64,000 nucleotides of DNA. Source: Tubiluchus corallicola. Lineage: Eukaryota; Animalia; Priapulida. The stretch is from the NCBI GenBank assembly GCA_030141605.1, contig JAQGDQ010000297.1, positions 124,001-188,000 of the forward strand, written 5' to 3'. This document shows, piece by piece, positions 53,401 to 64,000 of this stretch (position 1 is the first letter of the stretch; every line of letters begins with the position of its first letter). The notes under the pieces were generated by a model. The model made no database searches, was not told the DNA's origin, and saw only the letters and a program-made list of their open reading frames with translations. The translations under genes were made by a program, and so were the position numbers.

Positions 53401-56400
53401 CAAAATCATTTTGTATCAACTTGAATATATAAGCTAAAGTACATAACGCCTTCTAGTCAGATTAGCGCGCGTTGTGAGTGAAATTACAACTAAACTGTTG
53501 TAAAACTTTGATTAACTCCACCATGCAAACCCCACCAAAAGAGAGCTAATTATCAAAGCATTAACCAGTGTGGAAATTAAGATCTTGATCTACAGAGAAA
53601 CGCTACCGGTGCTTTGTTCTTGTGAGCTGCATGGACTGCTGCTGACCAGGAACGGGCTTCTAATTAGTGTAACGCGTGCACACCAGACTGAACTAATCGA
53701 TAATTAGGAAAGCTATTTATCGCCGCTTGTGTGTAAGTCATGCATTAACAAGACATTGTTAAGGCTGCCAGTCGCTTTTATCCGCAAAGTAATTTTCACT
53801 GTATTCGCAAACTACTTATTATGTCAAGACGGATAGAAGTAATTCGAATTATGTCAGGTGATAAAACTTGAAACGAGTTTTTCCATTTTAGAAGGCAAAA
53901 GTGTGACGAAGCTGTTTGACTAAATTTGTCTTCATAGTAAACACTAATATACGATTTTAAAACGTTCACGACTCAGTTTAAAAACGGCCTCACGTGTGAG
54001 TGTTGATGAGTTTGGGTGTTAAATTAAGGCTTATCATAAAATAGATTTTATGGTTCTCGGCTTAACCCTCAGTCGACATTTGCGAAACTTTGTGAAACTT
54101 CGCGAGTTTACAGATTAAGCTATAATGTTTCTTTTGTTTTCCTAAACAGTCTCAGATAAAATTAATAAAAAGAGGAATTTTAAGCTTCAGTTATTAGAAC
54201 TATTAATAAGAAAATGTTTCATTCTTGTACCAAATATTGATACAAAGGCATTTGACAATGTTGCGCAGCTTGTTATTCTATTGCGTTGTATCATGGCTTG
54301 TTTTATCTTTGGAATCAATTTAACTGTTAATGCCTTTGTTCACTACAAACACTATAAGTACTTATTATTTAACTGTAATTATATACTTAAAGGTTTTGCT
54401 GAGCTTGTGAAATATTCACAGTTATTCTAGATTTAGCAAAATTATTTGCTGCAAGAGTAGCAAGTATCGTTAAAATTTAGTCGAGTGGTGACACCCCCTT
54501 TTATATAAGTACAACGAGTATTTCCAAGATGATCCGGCATGTTGTTTTGATAAACCCTCATGCTTGGCCGAAGGACCGATTTTTGTCTCGTCCTGGAACT
54601 GAACTTACGACCTCCCGGATAGAAAGCAAGCACTCTTCGGTTAAGCTAGGCTACCCAGTAACAGTAGTTGTGAACTTCCAAATTTTTATTTACGTTGTTT
54701 TTTTCTTTATAATAAGAAACATTTTCATACATTTTACGTTTCCATTTTTTCTTTCAAGACAAAATCGAAGTTAACATAGTTGTAATTAGATATGTACAAT
54801 TAGTCATTATTAATGATCATGGCTTTCAAAGCTGCCGCGATCCCAGAACTTATATTTATGACAGGATACCTAAGTAGAAACATTTCCCAAACTTTTTACG
54901 ACCGTTCAGGTACTGTAACTGACAACATCATGAGATAAACAGGAAAATAATGACACAGGCTTAGTAGCAATAAATTCAAATTGGCGTAGAAATAATGTCA
55001 GCCTTGCTTTCGCATAAAATTTTAATGCGATCCAATTACTGAGGATTCCCTAATGAGCGTGACATCTACTGAACACGAAGAAACGCAACGAAATTTCGCA
55101 TTAAGACAGGAACATCGTGAAAATTTAATAACAAAAAAAAGGTTTATTTTATAGTGCTCTGTGGGAGGAATCACAACAGAACAGTATTACGAGCGAAATA
55201 ATTGTGGTTTCTGACATAACAGCTGCTATGACTAGGGAACATGGTTTGAAGATTTAGTTAATACCCAAGTTGATGTTGCCATTTTGCTAGAGGATGATTA
55301 AATGGCATGATCAGGGATTTGTCTAAATTGTACAAACGCCTCTGTTCAAATTGTTCAATTTTACTTATATGGCTAATGGCGCTTTAATTGACTTTCAATA
55401 AGGCAATGGCTTGTTAGTAGTTTGTTCTTTTTAGTTCAACAACTTTTTAGTTAAGCTTTTGTGCTTATTGTTAAGGCTAGGTACAATCATCATGACTTCG
55501 AAAAACGCGATCCCAGATTCATGACTTGCATTTCTTAATTTTTACAGGTAATGTATGCAGGTTTTGTAATTGACGTCATCATGAGGTAAGCAAGGAAATA
55601 ATGACGCAAGCCAACGTGACATAGGCCCGCAGTGATTCGCTTCAGTGCCCTATTTCAATGCCTTCTTTTTCTGCAAATAGCGTGCAGTACAGGAACTACT
55701 GTTTATTAGCAATAATAGTGTACCCGCTTTTGTGCATACGCCATTGTCATCACCATCAGCTAAAATGGATGTAATGACACGCTATACATTTGCGGTACAT
55801 ATTCAGGGAAGTTTTGATCGGCAATTGGGCTGAACATTATATCAAGTGGCTCAAAAATGTTGCGTAAGTTTTGGTCACGACGTTACAAGAAGAAAACAAG
55901 GAAATCGCTTGAAAATTACCAAATTGCTGTTACAGACGTATAAGTATAAAAGATTTTGGGTCATTCCCATATCATGTCCAAAGATGCAGGAGTTTTAAAT
56001 TAAGAAGTCATAAGAAAGAAATGCTGGGAAAAAGTTGTCGCTGTTGTTAAAATTTACGGCGGCAAGTATTCTATGTGTTCACCATGCAAACTAGACGAAA
56101 GCATTTTCCCAATAGCTGACACAGTTTCTCGCTTCTTTAAGAGGTATTTGCTATTTGGTCCTAACAATTTTTGCCCAAGGTTCCTGTGCATCAAACAGCT
56201 CTGTGCGGTCATTGTTCACTTTCTTCTTTTTGGGAATTCCAGCTACTGTAATTAAGAGGGTTAAATTTATTTTTCTTATCGACAAATAGAAACCGTTATC
56301 AGAGTTTTATTTTCTGTGGTGACGACATGACGTAAACTGGTTGATTTATTTGTTTTGCTGCCACATAGTGCTTTACCACGTCAACTTGGCTGTTTTTCAT

Positions 56401-58061
56401 TTGACGAATTATGGCTGATATTGTTCCAGCATGTAAAAGTTTTTAGCCGCAACTTAAAAAACCACTAAAACTATAAACTTGTGATTTCCACAGAGCCAAA
56501 AGTTAATGTATTGTACATGTAATATCAAGCTGAAAAATTTCAGCTTAGCAATGTTGCTTCTAATATTATTGTAGACTAATCTTCGTTTTGTTTCTGCGTC
56601 CCCCGAAATATAGAACCATCTTACGGATTGTGCCACATTAGCATTGAATAACTTTTCGATGGCTTCTATTCTTACAACTTGCGGAATCAGTTACCCACTT
56701 GCTTGGTTGCTCGACCGAAAAGACATTGATTCACCTTCCAGCAGGAAGGCATGGTCGACCACTAATTTCTTTGTGCCTAGAATGTCTTTCAGGACGTTTA
56801 CGCCTTGATAATTCACGCATTTCCCCCATGTATCAACAGTATGAAAAAATTATAACGAGTGTTATAATATTGTGAAGACAAATTATATTTCTTTCAGATT
56901 TACAGAAATTTACAGATTTACATATCAATCTTTACAGATTTTCTTTCATGTATGTTGTACAGACACTTTCTTCTACAATCGACGCTGCATTTGCCGGTAT
57001 CAAAATGGTGCACATAATCAGTAACAAGATTACTGGACTTTTTCTTTACTGGGCCCAACATTTCAGCAAAATTTTAATGTTTACTTGGACATTTTGTTGC
57101 TTAACGTTGCACGTAAGTTAGAAGAAATTTGAGCCATGGATCATTTTGTAACAAGATGGTACACGATCAGTAATTACGGACGATGTTTAGATTCTCACTG
57201 CTAGTGACTAATTATTATAATTACATTAAGTACGTGTATTAATAAAATTGCCGCCATAGGGGCTTCGGCCACTATAGTGATTTTGAAAAAAACGAACAGA
57301 TTAAGCACGTCCTTAGCATTGCAAAAATGTTCAGGATCTCCAAAAATTGTAAACGAACCATATGACCCGTACAGTGTACAGAGCATACCACACCATTATA
57401 GCTCTTACTGTTGAAAGTGTGGTACAAAGGAAGATGGTAATTATTAGTGATTTAATATCCTTACAATATTTACATAGTTTCTCTTTTCTGTGTTGTCAAA
57501 ATTTCTGCGCAGTACACGTCTTGAGTTAATTGTGAAGTGTATTTAAAATCATGCTCTGTTTTTTGAGTCCCTCGACCTAAAACGTCTTTAGATAAGATAG
57601 ATATAAGATAAAAGAAATTAACTCCATGTTTGTACAGAATGTTTTGTGTAACAAATTTTTGCAATCAAGATTTGACCGAAAGACTTTATGCTCACCCTGT
57701 AGGTACAGAAATTGTCTAAATCATAGAAATAGTTCTGATATTAAAAGATGGCTGCTGTTTGGGTATCCATCAGCAGCGTCTCACCATAGCAATACTAGCA
57801 AAAACAGTAGCAACAGTAGCGTTGTTTTTTATTTCAAGATTAAATCTTTTGACGCTGTGTTGATGCCTAATCTTTGCTGTCTCACTTAGGTTTTACTGTT
57901 TACTTACGCGTGGACTAACGATTATGAGATTAATTTCAAGGCATCAATACTCATCGCATTGTGCTGATCTGTGAGTCAAACACATCGATTTGGTTGAGCA
58001 AATAGATGCTGTAATCTTACACGATAATAGACAGCAGTAGTGTGAAACACGACAAGAATAG

Positions 58062-58097
<36 letters not shown>

Positions 58098-59477
58098 AAC
58101 ACGGACTGCCGTTTAAGGAATAGTTACAAGACGATGCGAACTACTATGCAAAATATGGAAATTACCTGAACTGCGAAATCTTTAAGTAACAACAACAATA
58201 ATGATTACCACGATGGCGACAATAGCAACAAGGAAAAAATTGGACCGACGAAACAATCCTTACTGCTGCATGCAATTTTTTCATTTAGTTTGGCACACTA
58301 AAGCCAAAATCCAACATTCAAAGCAAAGGATTGCTGATGGTTATGACGGTTGTGGTGGATGCTTCTCTCTTTGACCAAATTCAGTGTTAACTTTGCTTAA
58401 ATGTACATTTAGACTATTTAAACGCTGTTCTAAACTAGTTACATTACACACCCAAAAAAATTTTTGTGTAAGATCTGAATTCATATAGTAGCACTGGATC
58501 ATTGTTTACCGTTACATCTGAAGATTGATCTAGCATCTGCCTTTGGATAGTAGTACTTGATCATGGACAACTGTGATACGTAAAAGTTTATTCTATACCT
58601 GCTTTAAAACAGTAAACTTGATTCTTGTCAATTATTATACTCTTATCCAATGCCTGCCTGTAGATAGCATCACTGGATCATTGTTAACTGATCATTGTTA
58701 ACTATCAGTGCCTAGCACATTTTTGCAGGACCTACTTTCAACAGTAGCACTGGACTAGTCTTGTGCCTCGAACATTGTGACACAGGACCCCAATGAAATA
58801 GCAACACCATTCTTATTGCTGTTGTAGCGAAGACATTGATAAGGGCCTGCTTCAAATAGCAACACCAATTCATTGTCAATTGCTTAGAACATTGATCCAA
58901 GACCTGCCTTTAAGTAGTAGACTGGTAGCTCAGGCTTGTACTTGGAGCTTTCATTCAGGACCTATTTTCAAATAGCAACACTGGACTACCTTTTTGCCTA
59001 GTACACAGATCCAGAACTTGTCTTGAATTAGCAACATGGCTCACTGTTAACTTTTATATCTGGAACATCTGTTGCAATATACCACAATAGAGTAACCATG
59101 ACTCAGTGATGACTGCTAATTCTTTTACTGGAAACGTTGATACAAATTTGCCTTCAAATAGTTAAATAAGTAAATTATTAGAACATTGTTCTTGTCTTCA
59201 CAAAGTAAACTTGGATTAGCATTACTTTCTTACCCAGAACATTGATCCTTCCTTCAACTAGTAAGACTGGATCAGTGTTAATCTGGCACTGATAAGTTCC
59301 ATCATCTCCATGTCTGATGTTTCTTATAGACATGGTAAAGTCAGTGGGATTTTCTTGTTTAACGCTCACTCTTTTGTCCTGAAGCAATACCATATCATGC
59401 ATGGCGTAAACAGCTTTAATGTCAGGACGGTACCATACCAACTAAAAATATGAAGTACAAAGTAAGTACAAAGTAAG

Positions 59478-59561
<84 letters not shown>

Positions 59562-59999
59562 TATCATCATCATCATCATCATCATCATCATTTTCATCGT
59601 CGTTTCTAGCTTAAGTTCTGCGGGTGTTACGTTTAAACAGTTAGGAATTATTGTGTTATAACCTGCAGGAAATTGAACCATTGTCACTTAATTACACTTG
59701 CGCAAAATTAAGTGAATTTGCTTTTAAATGAATGAGGTTTGTAGGAGTTGAGGCGGCTCTCGTGCAGTAACCTAATAGCTAACTTAATTAAATGCTTATA
59801 ATTCGCTGCCATTAGTCGAATTACTTGTCGACCCAATCAATAAAAACTAATCGCATGACATAATGACATTAGTCAAAGCCAACCTTATAATTAGGAAGTA
59901 GATGGGAGACGGAACACTTCAGCGTGGCAGTTTGCCCTTCAATCACTGTCAGGTTTTCCAGGCTGGCCAGAAATTCTGGAAGCTCTTCCACGGTACGAA
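37889..59999 (-). CDS. Lachesin/DIP (IgLON-like) three-Ig-domain cell adhesion protein with mucin-like stalk and probable GPI signal; 11 exons in window, signal-peptide exon not found (gene span)
   Basis: Phase-consistent exons give Ig1 (PEFLASLENLTVIEGQTATLKCSV...LVWYR...DDGTYQCQINTDP), Ig2 (EGSNVTLECETSGNPAPNVTWRR...YQCIASNGVPPSVSR) and Ig3 (GQNVTLKCRAQAFP...W...DYGFYTCVVENLHG). CQINT and CIASNGVPPSVS are lachesin/DIP-family signatures. Confidence 0.9.
40814..40948. repeat. (GT)/(CT)n microsatellite
   Basis: Direct reading. Confidence 0.95.
41749..41844 (-). CDS. Ig gene exon, stalk (GNKDIIALDAKSSSEEYIIKPTLQPEPTTEHS)
   Basis: ttttacag/gtaaaa, phase 1-1. Confidence 0.7.
42964..43080 (-). 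CDS. Ig gene exon, stalk (AQNVKKDVVKQAEDKSKDVGHRLLNNITFKSQLARDAQK)
   Basis: aaaccag acceptor with pyrimidine tract, aag|gtttgt donor, phase 1-1. Confidence 0.7.
43415..43507 (-). CDS. Ig gene exon, polybasic stalk (EPTTRATQMDEDIRRRRNKKQRKKTKKQKNS)
   Basis: ttttag acceptor, open frame; donor is G|GCAAGC, or a weak GT 3 nt upstream. Confidence 0.7.
44022..44073. repeat. (TA)n microsatellite
   Basis: Direct reading. Confidence 0.95.
44438..44548. repeat. (GAT)n microsatellite
   Basis: Direct reading. Confidence 0.95.
44619..44705 (-). CDS. Ig gene exon, poly-Thr mucin-like stalk (EIIPP, Thr run, AVPTTTTM)
   Basis: ttttag/gtaagt, phase 1-1, mixed ACN codons. Confidence 0.85.
44975..45805. mobile_element. 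hAT-like non-autonomous element, ~830 bp
   Basis: TIRs CAAGGCTGGCAGTACGGTAC / GCACTGTATTGCCAGCTTTG, degenerate 8-bp flanks actgcggt/gctgtgat, many subterminal TACCGTA/CGTAC motifs at both ends. Confidence 0.75.
46004..46192 (+). mobile_element. Tc1/mariner-type miniature element
   Basis: TA-flanked TACAGTGTCGTCTAGAAAG / TTTTCTGGACTACCCTGTA imperfect TIRs. Confidence 0.55.
46353..46472 (-). CDS. Ig gene exon, C-half of Ig3 (GDDFLTLELRLMNVSGGDYGFYTCVVENLHGSAEATVRLF)
   Basis: ttgcag/gtaaat, DYGxYxC motif. Confidence 0.92.
48904..49071 (-). CDS. Ig gene exon, N-half of Ig3 (FSPTITKTSGQIGAQRGQNVTLKCRAQAFPKDRSFWFRNK...YHK)
   Basis: tttttag/gtaaat, phase 1-1. Confidence 0.9.
49557..50557. mobile_element. 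Mutator/Foldback-type non-autonomous element with repetitive TIRs and exact 9-bp TSD
   Basis: GTTATGATT at 49548-49556 and 50558-50566; left arm of tandem ggaaaaatggcaca units is inverted relative to the right-arm tgtgccatttt units. Confidence 0.85.
50716..51026. repeat. (ATGA)n tetranucleotide repeat with recurring TAGACGA variant
   Basis: Direct reading. Confidence 0.97.
51118..51246 (-). CDS. Ig gene exon, C-half of Ig2 (ETVSRRRITITDLRRSDWSTYQCIASNGVPPSVSRSIDLRIQ)
   Basis: ctgcag/gtacgt, family signature. Confidence 0.93.
51476..51838. mobile_element. hAT-like MITE, ~360 bp, in the intron splitting Ig2
   Basis: CAGGCCGGATT ... AATCCGGCCCTG TIRs, 8-bp flanks atggtgac/gtggtaac, subterminal GGGCCC motifs. 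Confidence 0.8.
51921..52082 (-). CDS. Ig gene exon, N-half of Ig2 (VSPKFIDTDKTPSEMELVEGSNVTLECETSGNPAPNVTWRR...)
   Basis: tttcag/gtacgt, phase 1-1. Confidence 0.93.
54480..54656 (-). mobile_element. Degenerate tRNA-derived SINE-like element
   Basis: Minus strand reads ggtagcctagcttaaccgaagagtgcttgc...ggaggtcgtaagttcagttccagg, with A-box-like and B-box-like motifs at tRNA spacing. Confidence 0.45.
58485..59160. repeat. Degenerate ~58-bp minisatellite
   Basis: Recurring gacctgc.tt.aaatag(t/c)a(g/a)cactgga...gaacattgatcca units. Confidence 0.7.
59234..59441 (-). CDS. Ig gene exon, C-half of Ig1 (LVWYRPD...DDGTYQCQINTDPVLLVEGRINVL)
   Basis: ttttag/gtaaga, V-set DxGxYxC motif. Confidence 0.93.
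59478..59591. repeat. (ATC)n microsatellite
   Basis: Direct reading. Confidence 0.97.
59884..59999 (-). CDS. Ig gene exon, N-half of Ig1 (RTVEELPEFLASLENLTVIEGQTATLKCSVSHLLPNYK)
   Basis: ttttgcag acceptor, aag|gttggc donor, phase 1-0. Confidence 0.9.
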
Positions 60000-60118
60000 C
60001 TGCAAAATAAACGTTGAATGGGATAATTGTGCAAATTAGTACAGATTTTTTTCAGTTGGTAGTTTAGATTCAAATCAATTTTCTTTCTGACAGTAATTTA
60101 ATAAATTTAGAATTTACA

Positions 60119-60880
60119 ATGAATCAAGAACTTAAATATCTTACTGAATGGCTTACCGTCAATAAATTGTCTCTCAACATTAAGAAATTAAAAAATATTT
60201 GTTTTCGGTCAAAAAATAAATCAATAAAGGACAATTTTCGAATCATATTTAAAGATGTCCAACTTGAAACGAAAAAGTATTTAGGTATATTCATTGATGA
60301 GCATCTCAACCGGAAAGTTCACATAGATAATATTAAACGCAAAATAAGTAAAATTATAGGCATTATGTATAAGATCCGCAAGACCACTAATCTACAAGCA
60401 CTCACGAAAATTTATTACAGCTTGGTCTATCGCACTGAATTTACGGTATTATGTCGTGGGGTTGAGCTTACAAATCTAACTTAGTTCAACTTCAAACAAC
60501 TCAAAATAAAATTCTTAAAGTAATGTCCATTCAGTTCCTTACGATCACGAAACTAATGTCATATATAAACAGGATTACATTTTTAAGATTAAAGAAATAT
60601 ACGATTTGCACTCCTTATGTTTATTTGAAAATTTCGTTGTAAATTATTACCGCCAGCGTTTTCTCATTATTTTACTCCAGTTCTCCATACTCATGATCAC
60701 TATACCAAACTTGTATCTAATAATTTTTTTATGCAACAGCATTTGAGTAATATCTTTCAGCAAACCGGTAAATATTTAATGCAATAACTCTTTGGCTTAA
60801 CATTTCTGAAGAATTTAAAATTTAAATTAAGCAAATTTAAAAAATCAATTAAATAAATTTTATTTGATCATTATTCATAA
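60119..60880 (+). mobile_element. 5'-truncated L2/Crack (CR1-group) LINE: RT C-terminal region and 3' end
   Basis: ORF NQELKYLTEWLTVNKLSLNIKK...KYLGIFIDEHLN.K.HI...KISKIIGIMYKIR...IYYSLVY is the typical post-YADD RT thumb region; frameshifted downstream. Confidence 0.88.
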
Positions 60881-61188
60881 TCTATTCAATATGTGCGTTC
60901 GAGATATACCTGCTTTAAGAATTACTTTTAGTGTTTAAGAAAACAGTACTTGCAGACCTTTTTTCACAGCTTTTCAGTTGTTCGAATGTTTACGCGTTTA
61001 CCTGATGTTAAGCCACGGTGATCTAATAGTTGTTCCCTAATTTTCACAGGTTTTCCGAAATTCACAATTTGCATTTTCAGTTGAATTTATATTATGTAGT
61101 TATAAGAACGATATTGTCAGTTATGGTAGCCATCTGTAAGAGGATGACTAGAAAGCATTTGCTCCTTCCTCCTTACAAAAACCTTTCA

Positions 61189-61634
<446 letters not shown>

Positions 61635-62332
61635 TAATATATTGTTGTATTGGTTGTAAACTAATTTGTTCTATACTATGCTATTCTATTCTAATTTTAT
61701 AGTCTGTTTGATTAAAGGATACGCAATTACTTGCTTAAATATTTTATACACTTTCATCTTCAACTGTTGCCTAACTTCTAGTCGACTTGGTGATTTCGAC
61801 TTGGACTAACGAACAGACGGATTGACAAACAAACAAACAAAAAAATTAACAAATTGACAGACAACAGGTAAAACAATCTAACAAAGAAGCATAAAACAAA
61901 CGCGCTGGCATTACATATCGTTTAAAAATAATCTATTGGTGACTGATTTAATACAAACAACGCTTTCTGCGTGGAACAAATAAAATAATTCAGGTTTTTA
62001 GTCAGTTGAACATTTCCAAGTTGCTGTCTGCTGTAGATTGTAACCAGCCGTAAATCTTAATTAAAGAGAATATTGCTGCTACAAAGCTTTCCTACTGCAA
62101 AATTAATATCTTCAAAAATGGCATCATTTTTAATCGTCTGTTTTGTTTCTCGCATTGTGTTGCCTACATCTGCCTGCTTCACATTTTTCAAAGCTTAAGT
62201 CAAAAATATTGTGTTTTAACCCGGAAACATAAAATTATACATAATTCAGAGTTACACAACGGTTGAGCATTTAAATATCAAAATGCTCGAAATCGGCTGT
62301 TTGTACTGTAGATTTCTATCGATTGTACTATC

Positions 62333-62500
<168 letters not shown>

Positions 62501-64000
62501 CCTTATTTCAAATCAGCTTTTAGACTAAATAAGTAACATAAGCTCAAACTACTTTTTGCCGACTGTAAATAATAAATCTGAGATTATTATTATCTCACTT
62601 TTACCCTAAATGTCACGCTCTAGACAGGGCAATAGCATGACCCGGCCGCATTATCGAACTCACAACATACCAGACGGAAAGCGGACGCGTTATCCCTAGA
62701 CTATACCGTCTTGTTACACTTGATAGCCTCCCAGCCTTGATAAACCTTGAAAAACGTCCAACCAGAAAATTACGCTTGATTTGTAACGTGATGTGTTTAG
62801 TCTGGTCCTTGTTTGTACCTTTACAAAAGTGCATCAGTCTTTCAGTGGCCTGATGTCACTTCATGGTTGCCTTCAGACTTTTCTGTTACTAGTACGTTCG
62901 TTTTGTTAACAATGTCGCCATTATGGAATCAAGCAAAGGTTCTTTTGAAAAAGTGTACATCTGTCCGCTTCGCAGACATTATTAATAAGTGTGGAAATTG
63001 TAACTGTATATTTTTAGGTGCTGCCATCTATTGACTAATCTCTTTACATTTTACTAGCTAAACTCACCCCTAGTATAATTGTTCGGTCCAGTGAATATGC
63101 ATGCTCACTGGATCTCTCCCTATTTTACTGTAATGGTATTTGTGAAGCCAAGTTTGCATAATTACCTCTACCTATATATACTGGCTGGATTTTACTTCTA
63201 GCCACTGTCTAACTGTCACGCTCTCAGTGCAGTGCAGCAGTCGTGCTAATCATGTTACTGTCTAACTCTCAGTGATCAGTGCAGGACACTCTTGTCCTCA
63301 GTGTGCAGTGTAGCAGTCATTCTACATATGTGTATGTAGTCTAATAAACGTTTTCAGTTTTGTGCAGATATGTACTGCAGTGTTTTATTCTTTTTCTACA
63401 AAGTGTTCAACTACAACCTCATACATGACTTTCACAATAAGGTTGTTGTTAGCTGTGCTGCGAATCTTCCGTCAAACGTCTTCGAAAAGAAACCAGGTTG
63501 TGCCTTGACAGTTTAACTAAATTCTCTTCTTCTGTTGGTCGATACGTCTTTTCAGAATGGAATAATCGGGAAGGTTCTTATTCTGTGGTCAGCAACCCTC
63601 TTGTGAAGAAATGGCTGTATTTGAAGCCACTTGTCAAAGCACTCACGATCATGTGCGCACGCTAAGCATAATGCTGAATGTTTGAACGCCCAACGTGACG
63701 CTGTCGGAAAAAGGAAAAATCTTTGTGTAAAACTGAGCATCGAGATTGAAAGCGCATTGAAACTGAAACATCAAACTGCTAAAGAAAGAAATGTCGAAAT
63801 GACATTTAAAAATGTTCTGACACGCGTATTGTCAACACAAGCTATTTCCAAAATCAATGCTATCTTGTCAAAAAGACATATGAATTATAATCTGGTATTA
63901 TTTAATGTTGTTGGTAAATACTCGTCGTAGCTGATTATTAGTATAAGATAATAGTATGTCTCGCAAAACGTGTCAAGCGAACTTTTTACTTTTCCGTGTT

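Noticed and set aside
57782-57830. Minus-strand TTLLLLLFLLVLLW resembling the missing signal peptide
   Set aside because: In-frame stop immediately upstream, no ATG, and it lies downstream of the Ig1 exons; low-complexity CAGTAG sequence.

Overview
AT-rich, intron-rich eukaryotic (invertebrate animal, probably protostome/arthropod-like) genomic DNA. Most entries in the ORF track are intronic noise or microsatellite artefacts. Manual splice-site and phase reconstruction gives three protein-coding genes. (1) A complete 16-exon cytosolic purine 5'-nucleotidase (NT5C2/cN-II) on + (4266-22094, ~626 aa), with one GC-AG intron. (2) A complete 7-exon secreted trypsin-like S1A serine protease on + (26468-35492, 279 aa), with intact His/Asp/Ser triad and Asp189. 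(3) A 5'-incomplete lachesin/DIP-type three-Ig-domain cell-surface protein on - (59999 down to 37889), with a long Thr-rich and polybasic stalk and a GPI-signal-like C-terminus, convergent with the protease. Introns and spacers hold many decayed transposons (CR1 and L2/Crack LINE fragments; mariner, pogo/Tigger, hAT and Mutator-type non-autonomous elements; SINE-like heads), local duplications, hairpins, minisatellites and long microsatellites. I found no evidence of a wholly new biological system. The most unusual items are the Ig protein's stalk and alternative 3' ends, the protease's duplicated activation motif and Trp-rich loop, and the non-canonical splice sites.
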